DNA from: an uncultured Flavobacteriales bacterium
Lineage (GTDB): Bacteria > Bacteroidota > Bacteroidia > Flavobacteriales > BACL11
DNA length: 37,610 nt
Direction: 5' to 3'
Assembly (NCBI GenBank): GCA_938073745.1
Contig: CALJFR010000061.1
Span: 1 to 37,610, forward strand
Within the stretch, counting starts at the first letter, position 1; every line of letters starts with the position of its first letter. The notes beneath the pieces are model-generated. The model saw only the letters and a program-made list of their open reading frames with translations, was not told where the DNA came from and searched no databases. This document shows, one piece after another, positions 21,871-31,200 of the stretch. A program made the translations under genes and the position numbers.

Positions 21871-22502
21871 TATGGAATATTCATATATTTATGCGCCTGT
21901 AGAGATATAGTCCATTCAGGATTTTTTGTTACAAAATCAATGATAACAGGTAAAATTGAATCTTTTTTACTCCACTCAGGCTGAAGATACAATTTGCAAG
22001 ATGGTTTGACATTTTCTTTGTGTTTAACAGCCCATTTAAAATCATTTTTATTAGATATTATAACCTTTAGTTCATCAGTTAAACTATAGATATTATTCAA
22101 TGGCTTCATTGTCTTTTTGGGTGATAAGCAAATCCAATTAAATGATCCAGATAAGGGGTATGCTCCAGATGTCTCAAGATGAACTTGTATATTTTTTTCA
22201 AGTAATTTTTTGGTTATATATTCCATATCCCACATCAAAGGCTCACCTCCAGTGATAACAACAGTTTTCACCTTAGTTTCAATAATTGATTGAATTATAT
22301 AATCTACACTAATTAAAGGATGTAAATTAGGGTCCCAACTTTCTTTTACATCACACCAGTGACAACCAACATCACATCCTCCTATTCTTAAAAAATATGA
22401 AGATTTTCCTGAAAAATAACCCTCGCCTTGAATAGTTAAAAATGATTCCATTACAGGTAAAACTATACCATTTTCAAGGTCAATATTATTGTCATTATTC
22501 AT
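21870..22502 (-). CDS. queE: 7-carboxy-7-deazaguanine synthase (radical SAM)
   Basis: ESFLTIQGEG, CDVGCHWC, TGGEP, LETSG, LSPK, SLQAHK. Confidence 0.93.
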   Translation of the reverse strand: MNNDNNIDLENGIVLPVMESFLTIQGEGYFSGKSSYFLRIGGCDVGCHWCDVKESWDPNLHPLISVDYIIQSIIETKVKTVVITGGEPLMWDMEYITKKLLEKNIQVHLETSGAYPLSGSFNWICLSPKKTMKPLNNIYSLTDELKVIISNKNDFKWAVKHKENVKPSCKLYLQPEWSKKDSILPVIIDFVTKNPEWTISLQAHKYMNIP

Positions 22503-22507
22503 TGTTA

Positions 22508-22515
22508 CAAAAATA
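22508..22515 (-). promoter_or_regulatory. -7 promoter box for queE-ompA
   Basis: TATTTTTG on minus strand, 5 nt from the listed ATG (nearly leaderless, or true start is downstream). Confidence 0.5.
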
Positions 22516-22545
22516 GATTATTTCAATTGATAACAAATAGAATAT

Positions 22546-22553
22546 TATCTTTG
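22546..22553 (+). promoter_or_regulatory. -7 promoter box for ftcd
   Basis: TATCTTTG 18 nt upstream of ATG at 22572. Confidence 0.65.
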
Positions 22554-22571
22554 TTAATCAAATTAAAAGAA

Positions 22572-24269
22572 ATGAAACAGTTAATAGAATGTGTCCCAAA
22601 TATTTCAGAGGGAATAGATATAAAAAAAATAAATGAAATAGCAAATGTTGTTGAAACAGTTAAAGGTGTTAAACTGCTTAATGTCGACCCAGGAAAGGCA
22701 ACTAACAGAACGGTTATAACATTTGTTGGTGAACCAAAAGAAGTTGTGGAAGCTGCATTTCTATTAATAAAAAAGGCAAAAAACTTAATTGATATGAGTG
22801 AACACAAAGGTGAACATCCAAGAATGGGTGCAACTGATGTATGTCCATTAGTTCCAATTTCAAACATATCTATGGAAGATGTAGTCAAATGGGCTCATAT
22901 TTTAGCCAAAAAAGTAGGAGATGAATTAAACATTCCTATATATTGTTATGAAAATGCAGCTTTTTCAGAAGAAAGAAAAAATCTCGCAAACTGCAGATCT
23001 GGAGAATATGAAGGTTTAGAGAAAAAAATAGTACATAAAAACTGGAAACCAGATTTTGGTCCTTCTAAATTTACAGATTCAATAAAAAAATCTGGTGCTA
23101 CTGCAATTTCAGCAAGAGACTTTCTAGTAGCTTACAATATCAATCTTAATACTACTTCAACAAGAAAAGCTAATGCAGTTGCATTTGACATAAGAGAAGC
23201 TGGAAGGATTAAAAGAGAAGGAAATGTATTATCAGGAAAAATCATAAAAGATAATGAAGGAAACCCACTAAGAACACCTGGAATATTTAAATCTGTTAAA
23301 GGAATTGGTTGGTACATTAAAGAATATGGAATTGCACAGATTTCATATAATTTAACTGATATTAAATCCTCTCCACTACATGAAGTTTTTGACAAAACTT
23401 GTGAAAAAGCAAGCTCAAGAGGATTAAGAGTAACCGGATCTGAACTAATAGGACTTGTTCCTAAAAAAGTACTTGTTGATGCAGGAAAGTTTTTTTTACT
23501 AAAACAAAAAAGATCAATAGGTATTAGTGAAAAAGAAATTATAAATATTGCCATTAAATCACTAGGCCTAAATGAATTATCTCCATTTAAGATGGAGGAA
23601 AGAATAATTGAATTTATGATAGAGGATAATACTAATGACAAGTTAATAGATTTATCATTAAAAGATTTTTCCTTTCAAACAGCTAGTGAATCTCCCGCTC
23701 CTGGAGGTGGATCAATATCAGCTTATTGTGGTGCTATGGGTGCAGCATTAGCTACTATGGTTGCAAACCTATCTGCAAATAAACGAGGATGGGACGAGAG
23801 ATGGGAAGAATTTTCACAATGGGCAGAAAAAGGATTTGAATTTCAAGAACAGCTTCTATTATTAGTTGACGAAGATACAAATGCATTTAATCAAATAATG
23901 GAATCTTTTAAACTTCCAAAAGAAAATAAAGAAGATATTAATAATAGAAATATAGCTATTCAGAAAGCAACAAAAAATGCAATTTTAACACCATTTAAAG
24001 TTATGGAAATTGGATTGTTATTGATGGATGTAATAAAGAGAATGGCAGAAATAGGTAATCCAAATTCAATAACTGATGCATGTGTTGCTGGTTTATGTAC
24101 AAGAACAGCTATAAGGGGTGCTTTCTTAAATGTAAAAATTAATTGTTTAGATTATGATGACAAGGACTTTATAAATAAAATTGAATTTGATGGAAATGAA
24201 ATTTTAAATAAAGCCATCAAGTATGAAGAAGATATTATAAAAATTACAAATAAAGTTATGAATTCTTAA
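22572..24269 (+). CDS. ftcd: Bifunctional glutamate formimidoyltransferase / formiminotetrahydrofolate cyclodeaminase
   Basis: ECVPNISEG, NRTVITFVG, GEHPRMGATDVCP, C-terminal ASESPAPGGGS cyclodeaminase domain; start moved to the ATG downstream of the -7 box. Confidence 0.93.
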   Translation: MKQLIECVPNISEGIDIKKINEIANVVETVKGVKLLNVDPGKATNRTVITFVGEPKEVVEAAFLLIKKAKNLIDMSEHKGEHPRMGATDVCPLVPISNISMEDVVKWAHILAKKVGDELNIPIYCYENAAFSEERKNLANCRSGEYEGLEKKIVHKNWKPDFGPSKFTDSIKKSGATAISARDFLVAYNINLNTTSTRKANAVAFDIREAGRIKREGNVLSGKIIKDNEGNPLRTPGIFKSVKGIGWYIKEYGIAQISYNLTDIKSSPLHEVFDKTCEKASSRGLRVTGSELIGLVPKKVLVDAGKFFLLKQKRSIGISEKEIINIAIKSLGLNELSPFKMEERIIEFMIEDNTNDKLIDLSLKDFSFQTASESPAPGGGSISAYCGAMGAALATMVANLSANKRGWDERWEEFSQWAEKGFEFQEQLLLLVDEDTNAFNQIMESFKLPKENKEDINNRNIAIQKATKNAILTPFKVMEIGLLLMDVIKRMAEIGNPNSITDACVAGLCTRTAIRGAFLNVKINCLDYDDKDFINKIEFDGNEILNKAIKYEEDIIKITNKVMNS

Positions 24270-25347
24270 TGCTGAAAATTTCTTTAGCAATCGCTTCAGA
24301 GACTTTTTGTTTAGTACTTAAAAGACTTTTAAGTGTTTTGTAGTCAGATTTAATTTCTTTTATATTTTCATCTTTTAGTATATGATCTAAATTTTTTCTT
24401 AAGTTATCCACTGTTAATTTAGATTGTATCAGTTCCACTACTGATTCTTTATCCAATAAGATATTAACTAGACTGATGTATTTAATTTTTACTAAATATT
24501 TTGCAATTAAGTAGGAAGGATTCGATGTTTTATAACAAACTATTTGTGGCACATTCATTAATGCGGTTTCTAAAGTTGCAGTTCCTGAAGTAACTAAAGC
24601 AGCTTTAGAAACAGATAAAATTTCAAGAGATTTACCATAAATCAAATCAACATTTTCATATTTATCAATGTATGTATTGTAATAATCAATATTAAAACTA
24701 TCAGTAGCAGAAATTACAAAATTATAGTCAGGAAAAAATTTAACAACTTCAAGCATTACAGGTAGAACTAATGAGATTTCCTGTTCTCTACTACCTGGAA
24801 ATAAAGAAATAACAGGTTTTTTATTATAATCAAAATTAAATTTCTTACTATCAATATCCTCAAATACAGGATTGCCTAAATATTCTACATTCAAATTAAA
24901 ATCTTTATAATATTCTTGTTCAAATGGAAAAATCACAAACATGCGATTAACATATTTTCTGATTTTATTAATTCTACTTTTTTTCCAAGCCCAAATTTTA
25001 GGAGAAATATAATAGTAGGTTGAAATTTTATTTTTGTGAGCGAATTCAGCAATCCTTAAATTAAAACCTGGATAATCAACAAGTAAAACAAGATCTGGAG
25101 AAAATTGCAAAATATCATCTTTACATTCATTTATTAAATTATAAATCTTTTTAAAGTTTTTAAAAACTTCCCAAAAACCCATATAACTTACTTCATCAAT
25201 ATGCCTATGCAAATGCATTCCTTGAGATTTTAAATTATCACCTCCCCAACCACGAATCACTACATTTTTATCTTTTTTTAGTTCTTTAACAATCTTAGCA
25301 GCATGTTGATCTCCTGATTTTTCGCCTGAAATAAGATAAATCTTCAT
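24256..25347 (-). CDS. lpxB: Lipid-A-disaccharide synthase
   Basis: GEKSGD, DYPGFN, SPKIWAW, PGSR, SGTATLE. Confidence 0.95.
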   Translation of the reverse strand: MKIYLISGEKSGDQHAAKIVKELKKDKNVVIRGWGGDNLKSQGMHLHRHIDEVSYMGFWEVFKNFKKIYNLINECKDDILQFSPDLVLLVDYPGFNLRIAEFAHKNKISTYYYISPKIWAWKKSRINKIRKYVNRMFVIFPFEQEYYKDFNLNVEYLGNPVFEDIDSKKFNFDYNKKPVISLFPGSREQEISLVLPVMLEVVKFFPDYNFVISATDSFNIDYYNTYIDKYENVDLIYGKSLEILSVSKAALVTSGTATLETALMNVPQIVCYKTSNPSYLIAKYLVKIKYISLVNILLDKESVVELIQSKLTVDNLRKNLDHILKDENIKEIKSDYKTLKSLLSTKQKVSEAIAKEIFSIKNS

Positions 25348-25625
25348 TAAATAAATTTTAAATAAACAATAAGGAAACCATAAAGAATTGTAGCACCTAA
25401 AATTCCTCTTGCTGCAGCATCTCTATTTGTTTTGATTTTCATAAAAAAAATCAATAAATTGACAAGAAGACTTAAACTTATTATATGAGGAAGTTTATTA
25501 CTTTCTAAAACTTTATTAATCATATAAAACAAATCAAGTTCCATTATGAAGAGCACATAAATTGAAAATGCAATAAATGGAGATATAATCCCAACAACAA
25601 ATCCAATTAAGTTCTGTTTATTCAT
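25347..25625 (-). CDS. Small three-TM membrane protein of unknown function
   Basis: Three hydrophobic segments; overlaps both surE stop and lpxB start. Confidence 0.75.
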   Translation of the reverse strand: MNKQNLIGFVVGIISPFIAFSIYVLFIMELDLFYMINKVLESNKLPHIISLSLLVNLLIFFMKIKTNRDAAARGILGATILYGFLIVYLKFI

Positions 25626-26385
25626 TAAAAATATTTTCTATATCATTAATTTGATCAAAATAAGTTAGGTCATGGCGAATTGGAACAATACTCACAAAGT
25701 TCTTATCCAGTATATTTTGATCTGCTTGTTCTGATTCGTCTTCATTAATAAATTTACCTGTTAACCAAAAATATTTATTTCCTGAAGGATCTAATCGTTC
25801 ATCAAATTCTTCGATCCACTTTCCTTTTGATTGATGAGCAACCTTAATTCCTTTAATATCACTTTCTAGATTATACTTAGGAAAATTAACATTCAAACAT
25901 CTATTAAGTTTTGAGCTAAGCAGCTTGTTAGCTATACTAAGAATATAGTTATCGGTATGAGAAAAAGCAGCATTCATATCATGATCTAACAAAGAAAATC
26001 CAATTGATGGAATATTATGAATAGAAGCTTCGATAGCAGCTCCCATTGTTCCTGAATATATCACGTTAATTGACGCATTAGAACCGTGATTAATTCCAGA
26101 CACACACAAATCAGGTTTTCTATCTAAAATTTTAGATAATGCTAATTTTATACAATCAACAGGAGTACCACTACAAGAAAATTCTAATTGTTTTCCATTA
26201 TCAATTTTCACCTTCTTACATCTGAACGGTTTATTTATTGTAATTGCATGACTTTGAGCAGACTGAGGACTATCAGGTGCAACAACTACTACCTTACCAA
26301 TAGTATTCATTAATTTAATTAAATGACGCAGTCCAGGAGCATGGATACCATCATCATTTGTAATAAGAATTAAGGGTAAATTCAT
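25618..26385 (-). CDS. surE: 5'/3'-nucleotidase SurE
   Basis: LITNDDG, GTPVDC, SGINHG, YSGT. Confidence 0.96.
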   Translation of the reverse strand: MNLPLILITNDDGIHAPGLRHLIKLMNTIGKVVVVAPDSPQSAQSHAITINKPFRCKKVKIDNGKQLEFSCSGTPVDCIKLALSKILDRKPDLCVSGINHGSNASINVIYSGTMGAAIEASIHNIPSIGFSLLDHDMNAAFSHTDNYILSIANKLLSSKLNRCLNVNFPKYNLESDIKGIKVAHQSKGKWIEEFDERLDPSGNKYFWLTGKFINEDESEQADQNILDKNFVSIVPIRHDLTYFDQINDIENIFNE

Positions 26386-26398
26386 AGATATTTTTTAA

Positions 26399-26406
26399 CA
26401 AAACTA
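26399..26406 (-). promoter_or_regulatory. -7 promoter box for surE-lpxB operon
   Basis: TAGTTTTG on minus strand. Confidence 0.6.
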
Positions 26407-26441
26407 ATATAATTAAGTTGTTCTAAAAATATGATTTTTAC

Positions 26442-26449
26442 TAATTTTG
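26442..26449 (+). promoter_or_regulatory. -7 promoter box for zinc peptidase gene
   Basis: TAATTTTG, with TTG at 26418-26420 (21-nt spacer). Confidence 0.6.
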
Positions 26450-26450
26450 T

Positions 26451-26467
26451 AAAAAAAAAAAAAAAAA
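26451..26467 (+). repeat. A17 homopolymer forming the 5' leader (last A is the A of ATG)
   Basis: Directly read. Confidence 0.85.
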
Positions 26468-27147
26468 TGATTTGGATAATAATGATTCTGTTTATGGTTG
26501 TTGGTGGATTTGTCAGTAACCGTCTTAAAAATAAATTTAAGAAATATAGCAAAATAGCTACTAGCTCGGGGCTAAGTGGAAAAGAAATTGCTCAAAAAAT
26601 GCTTGAAGATCACAACATTAATAATGTAAGAATAATCTCTGTAGCTGGTAAATTAACCGATCATTACAACCCCCAAGACAGAACTATTAATTTAAGTGCG
26701 GATGTTTATAATGGCAGACATGTTTCAGCAGCAGCAGTTGCTGCTCATGAGTGTGGTCATGCGATTCAGCATGCTACTTCTTATCAATGGCTACAAATGA
26801 GATCACAAATGGTTCCAATGGTAAGTTTTAGCAGTAAATTAATGAATATTATCATGATTCTAGGGTTAATTGGTGCTGGTGTCCTAAAAATGTTTCCTTT
26901 CGCAACTATAATTTTAGTTTTTGTGATATTACAAGCTGTTGTTACACTTTTTACATTAGTTACCCTTCCAGTTGAATTTGATGCAAGCAGAAGGGCTTTA
27001 ATATGGCTTAAAAGCGCTAACATAAGCACTCCACAAGAAGTTAATTTTGCAGAAGATGCGCTTAAATGGGCAGCAAGTACATATGTTGTTGCCGCATTAG
27101 CTGCAGCTGCCTATTTACTATATTATGTTGCTCTGCTTAAGGAATAA
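26467..27147 (+). CDS. Membrane zinc metallopeptidase (YugP / Zn_peptidase_2 family)
   Basis: LTDHYNP, AAHECGHAIQH, TLPVEFDAS, AASTYV; start at MIWII after the poly-A. Confidence 0.9.
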   Translation: MIWIIMILFMVVGGFVSNRLKNKFKKYSKIATSSGLSGKEIAQKMLEDHNINNVRIISVAGKLTDHYNPQDRTINLSADVYNGRHVSAAAVAAHECGHAIQHATSYQWLQMRSQMVPMVSFSSKLMNIIMILGLIGAGVLKMFPFATIILVFVILQAVVTLFTLVTLPVEFDASRRALIWLKSANISTPQEVNFAEDALKWAASTYVVAALAAAAYLLYYVALLKE

Positions 27148-27149
27148 TA

Positions 27150-27178
27150 AAAAAAAAAGCCCTATTTCTAGGGCTTTT
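27150..27178. terminator. Bidirectional intrinsic terminator
   Basis: AAAAGCCCTA-TTTC-TAGGGCTTTT between convergent genes; longer U tract on the minus strand. Confidence 0.85.
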
Positions 27179-27198
27179 AATTAAATATCAAATTGATA

Positions 27199-27396
27199 TT
27201 ATTTTTTAGTTAAGAATGGTAAACCAGTTCTTGAGTTTTCTTTAACATTATATCCATCAGGTTTATCACAAGCAGTATCTCTTGAATCTTTTGAGAAAAA
27301 ATAAATTCTTTGTACTCTTCCTGTAGATTTTAAAGTAACATCTTTACAGTTTAAGTGATATTCTGTTCCTTTTGAATTGTTGTGTGTAAAAGCCAT
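27199..27396 (-). CDS. Small basic 65-aa hypothetical protein
   Basis: Has its own promoter and a strong terminator; NSKG-x-x-Y-x-L...IYFF...ENxRTGLPFL pattern recalls a conserved small-protein family. Confidence 0.8.
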   Translation of the reverse strand: MAFTHNNSKGTEYHLNCKDVTLKSTGRVQRIYFFSKDSRDTACDKPDGYNVKENSRTGLPFLTKK

Positions 27397-27428
27397 AATA
27401 TTTGTTTTTATTAATAATTAATTATGGA

Positions 27429-27459
27429 CTAATATAACTAATTGACTTAAATAAACAAA
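27429..27459 (-). promoter_or_regulatory. Bacteroidota -33/-7 promoter for the 65-aa protein
   Basis: TTTG (27459-27456) - 19 nt - TATATTAG (27436-27429; 1 mismatch to TAnnTTTG). Confidence 0.55.
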
Positions 27460-27460
27460 A

Positions 27461-27647
27461 TCTACTAGAGGAGAAATATATATATTGTTAATAAGTTTAA
27501 TTATTATATGAATTTATTGATTTATTGATTTATAATATTATTTTTTAAAATATAAAATAAAAACAATTAAAAATAAAGATAAAACGCTGTAAATCAACAT
27601 TTTAAATTTTCTTAATTAAAAATTATCATTTATTTGTTCTACTAGAG
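27461..27647. repeat. Direct repeat TCTACTAGAG x2 (27461-27470, 27638-27647), each with palindrome TCTA-C-TAGA
   Basis: Directly read; relatively GC-containing 10-mer repeated in an extremely AT-rich spacer. Confidence 0.75.
27592..27604 (+). promoter_or_regulatory. IHF consensus-like site
   Basis: AATCAACATTTTA matches WATCAANNNNTTR, with A-rich upstream flank. Confidence 0.4.
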
Positions 27648-27771
27648 AAAGTTAATAAAAATACTAGGTTAAAAAAGTTAATAAGTCTAAATAAAACTAT
27701 AAAAATTGATAAAATGAGATTAAATAATTAATTATTATTTAAAAAATTACAATTGAGAGTAGGCGATTTTA

Positions 27772-27779
27772 TATTTTTG
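27772..27779 (+). promoter_or_regulatory. -7 promoter box for DUF4019 gene
   Basis: TATTTTTG 25 nt upstream of ATG. Confidence 0.55.
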
Positions 27780-27804
27780 TGAATGGCTTTTTTACAATTA
27801 TAAA

Positions 27805-28275
27805 ATGAAAAAATTTGTTCTTTTACCCCTTTTATTTCTCTTTGTCTATAATCTTAATGGACAAATATTTAAAGATAAGTATATAAAAGATGCTACAAAA
27901 GTTGCAAATATTTGGTTAAAACAAATCAATAATAATAACTACAGTAAGGCATATAATCAATATTCTGAAAAAGTTAAAGAAAACTCAGACTCGACTTATT
28001 GGCTAAAAGCAATAGATCAATTGATGATTGAATTTGGCATATTTGAAAGCAGAAAAATATCTTCAAGTAAATTTGAAAACACTGTTGAAGGTTTAGGCGA
28101 TGGGTTTTATGTTTTTTTAGAATATGAGAGTATATATAAAAACATTAAGCGATGTGATGAATATATTCTGCTTGGCCAAAACGATAAATTTAAATGGAAA
28201 ATATTAAGATACGATTTTTCTTACGAAAGCAATGAGCTTGATCCTGAAAAAGAATTACCTAATCAAGGTAATTGA
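27805..28275 (+). CDS. Exported DUF4019-like protein
   Basis: Signal peptide; A..WL..I...Y..A, W...I, G..DG.Y, Y.S.Y, W.I..Y pattern. Confidence 0.7.
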   Translation: MKKFVLLPLLFLFVYNLNGQIFKDKYIKDATKVANIWLKQINNNNYSKAYNQYSEKVKENSDSTYWLKAIDQLMIEFGIFESRKISSSKFENTVEGLGDGFYVFLEYESIYKNIKRCDEYILLGQNDKFKWKILRYDFSYESNELDPEKELPNQGN

Positions 28276-31200
28276 GCCAAGCAATTTTGTAATTTCTGAA
28301 TCCTTTTTTTCTTTATAATTTATTTCAAAAACATAGGCTCCTAATGGTGCTTTTCTCCCATTTGACATTCTTCCATTCCATGATCCTAATTTATAATAAT
28401 CACCTATAGTATTATTATCACAACTTGAATTCTCTAACATACCATTTGTAAGTAATATTTCGTTGGATTCAAATATTAAAGTTGATGTCCACCTATCATA
28501 GATTTTAATATTAAAATCTGAAAATAATCCCAATGCTTTAATGAAGAAAACATCATTACAATTATCATTATCTGGAGTAAAACTATTTGGAATATAAAAT
28601 TTATTATCAGCTACAACACAAACACTTACGCTAGAAGAATCAACACATCCACCATCATTTATTAAGTATAAGTTGACTTGAAACTGACCTGTATCTGAAT
28701 ATGTATGTGTAGGATTAATGGAATATACATAAGGAATTTTAGTTCCATCACCTAAATCCCAATAACTATCTGAAGAAATTTCATTAAAATTAACAATACT
28801 AAGATCTATTAATTGAATATTCCCATCTAAAATAGATAAACAATCATTAACATTTAAAGAAAAAATTGAAGATAAATTACTGTAACCTTGGATTCTAATG
28901 GTATCATAAATAATACAATTTGTTAGAGTATTTGTTGCTTTTACAGTATAATTTCTATCAACTGTACCGCTTATACTATCACCATAAGAAATAGGGTTTG
29001 TATTCCACTCATACAGTAAATCATTAGAACTAGAAATAATCTTTGCATAGCCAATTTCTCCAAAACATTTTTTTTCAGAGGTTGAGAAATTTAAATTAAA
29101 TGTGTCAAAAACAAAAATCTTTAAAGTATCACTTGTATTGTCTGAACAACCATCTGAAACAGTAAGAATATATTCTGTAGTTTGAATTGGAGAAATCAAA
29201 TGAGAAAAACTATTACTCAAATTATTGTTCCAGTTAAATTCATAATTACCAATACCTCCATTTGAGAAAGCACTTATCGTTAATAATTCACCTGCACAAA
29301 TTGTATCATCTGAAACTGATGTTGTTGTCATTAACTCATCTCTTACAAAGAATACGGTATCTACAGTCGCAATACAATTTCCAGAGCCGTATGTAAAAGA
29401 AATATTATGATATCCAGATCCTGCTATTGAGGGATTAAAAGAAAAATTAACAATACCATTTCCAGACAAAACTCCCCCACTTGGACTAGTACTAACAGCA
29501 TATAAAGAATCTACATAACAATAATTTGTATTAAGACTATTAAATGAAACAACAGGAGGATTGATAATATTTACTTCAAATGAATCAACACATCCATTTT
29601 CAGAAGTATATTCAAGCAAAAGATTTCCTAGAGGAACTAATGATGGATCAAAAAGACCTAAAGTATTATCAATAATTCCAGAACCATTCCATTGCCCACC
29701 AGTAACATTTAAATCCAATATAAAAGGTGGTGAATTTGAGCATATCAAAGTATCTAACAAGATAGGTTTTGGATAAACACTAAAAATAATATCATCATCA
29801 CATGAATTTGCATAATAAGTTACTAAATGGTTTCCACTTCCTGAAACATATGTACTAAAAACTCCTGGAAAATTTGCATTTATAATTCCATTTCCAGCAA
29901 AAACACCATCATATGGTTCTCTGTTAAGAACATTTAAACCTAAAAATAAATCTGAAGAGTTATGACAAAGAAACAAAGTATCTTCAAAAAGCTCAGTATC
30001 AATATTATTAATTTCAATTGTATCAATACATTGATTATTCGAATAAGTTACAAGATCAATTCCTAGGTTATTAGAGGGATCATACAAACCAGTATTTTGA
30101 TTTACAATATTTATTCCATTCCAAATACCACCATTAGGCAAGCCAATTAAATTAAAAGATGATTGGGTTGGACAAATAGTTAGATCATCTCCTGCATCAA
30201 TAGGATCAACAGAAATAGTAACATTATCAGAACAACCTTCAATAGAATATTCAAAAGTGTGACTGCCTGAGGAAATAACATCTGTCAAAACAGTACCATC
30301 ACTAGATATGGAACCGCCTAAAATTGAAACTTTATCAATTGCAATATCTGAGCGAAAATTATGTCCAGTTAATACTCTAAATCTTACTTTTAACTCAGCA
30401 GAAATAAAGTTTGTTAAATCAATGGATTGAGAATACCATTGATTTCCCAAATTTCCGATAATATTCCACACATCAAGCTGCCAAGTAAGACCATTATTAA
30501 TAGAAACATCTACAGATATAATTGAATTTTTATTTCCATTTCCATATTTATGATAATAAAAATTTAAAATTGGATTATTATATTGTGAAATATTAATACA
30601 AGGGCTAATAATAGAAGAATTTTTATATGGATTATTAGAATTTGAAGTTTCAACATATATATATGTATTTAAATCATATGCAGAAGAGGGACCTGTATTG
30701 TTAGAAGGAGTTGCATTTGTATTTGCTACCCAATCAAAATCATTTGCAATATCATTTGTCCAATTTGAGAGTCCTAATTCAAAACTTTCAACATATGGAA
30801 AATCATCAATTGAATTTAAACATGAACTTGGAATTAATGGATTGTTTTCAATAGCAGACCAAGTTCCTCCAGCTGGTGAGGCATATAAAATAGTGTCATT
30901 TGAATTTTGACATAAGGAGAGATTATTTGGCATTGAAATGTTATTTACTACATTTACTAACAAAGTATCTGAACATCCATTAGAAAGCGTATAAACAGCC
31001 TCTATAACTGTACTAAAAGGACCTACATCAATATCACCATTAGCTTGTATATTATTTCCGGACCAATAACCACCAGCTGTAGTTAATGATGAATTTAAAT
31101 TAAAGATTGGAGCATTAATACAAGCAGAGATATCAGGACCTGCACTAATTTCAAGAACTGTAATTTCTAAATTATCAGAACAACCATTAACATCATAATT

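Noticed and set aside
21870-22502. queE as part of a 7-deazaguanine DNA-modification (dpd) defence island
   Set aside because: No dpdA/tgt-like, queC/queD or nuclease genes nearby; the context is housekeeping
22527-22571. TTG-start extension of ftcd (likewise the extensions 13426-13470 and 26431-26466)
   Set aside because: The extensions run over promoter boxes and lack family similarity; downstream ATGs fit better
27617-27635. Partial Fur-box-like AATGATAAT on minus strand
   Set aside because: Only a half-site in near-pure AT sequence
27397-27804. CRISPR array, tRNA or structured ncRNA in the long spacer
   Set aside because: Repeats are only 9-10 bp and irregularly spaced; no GC-rich stems or tRNA motifs
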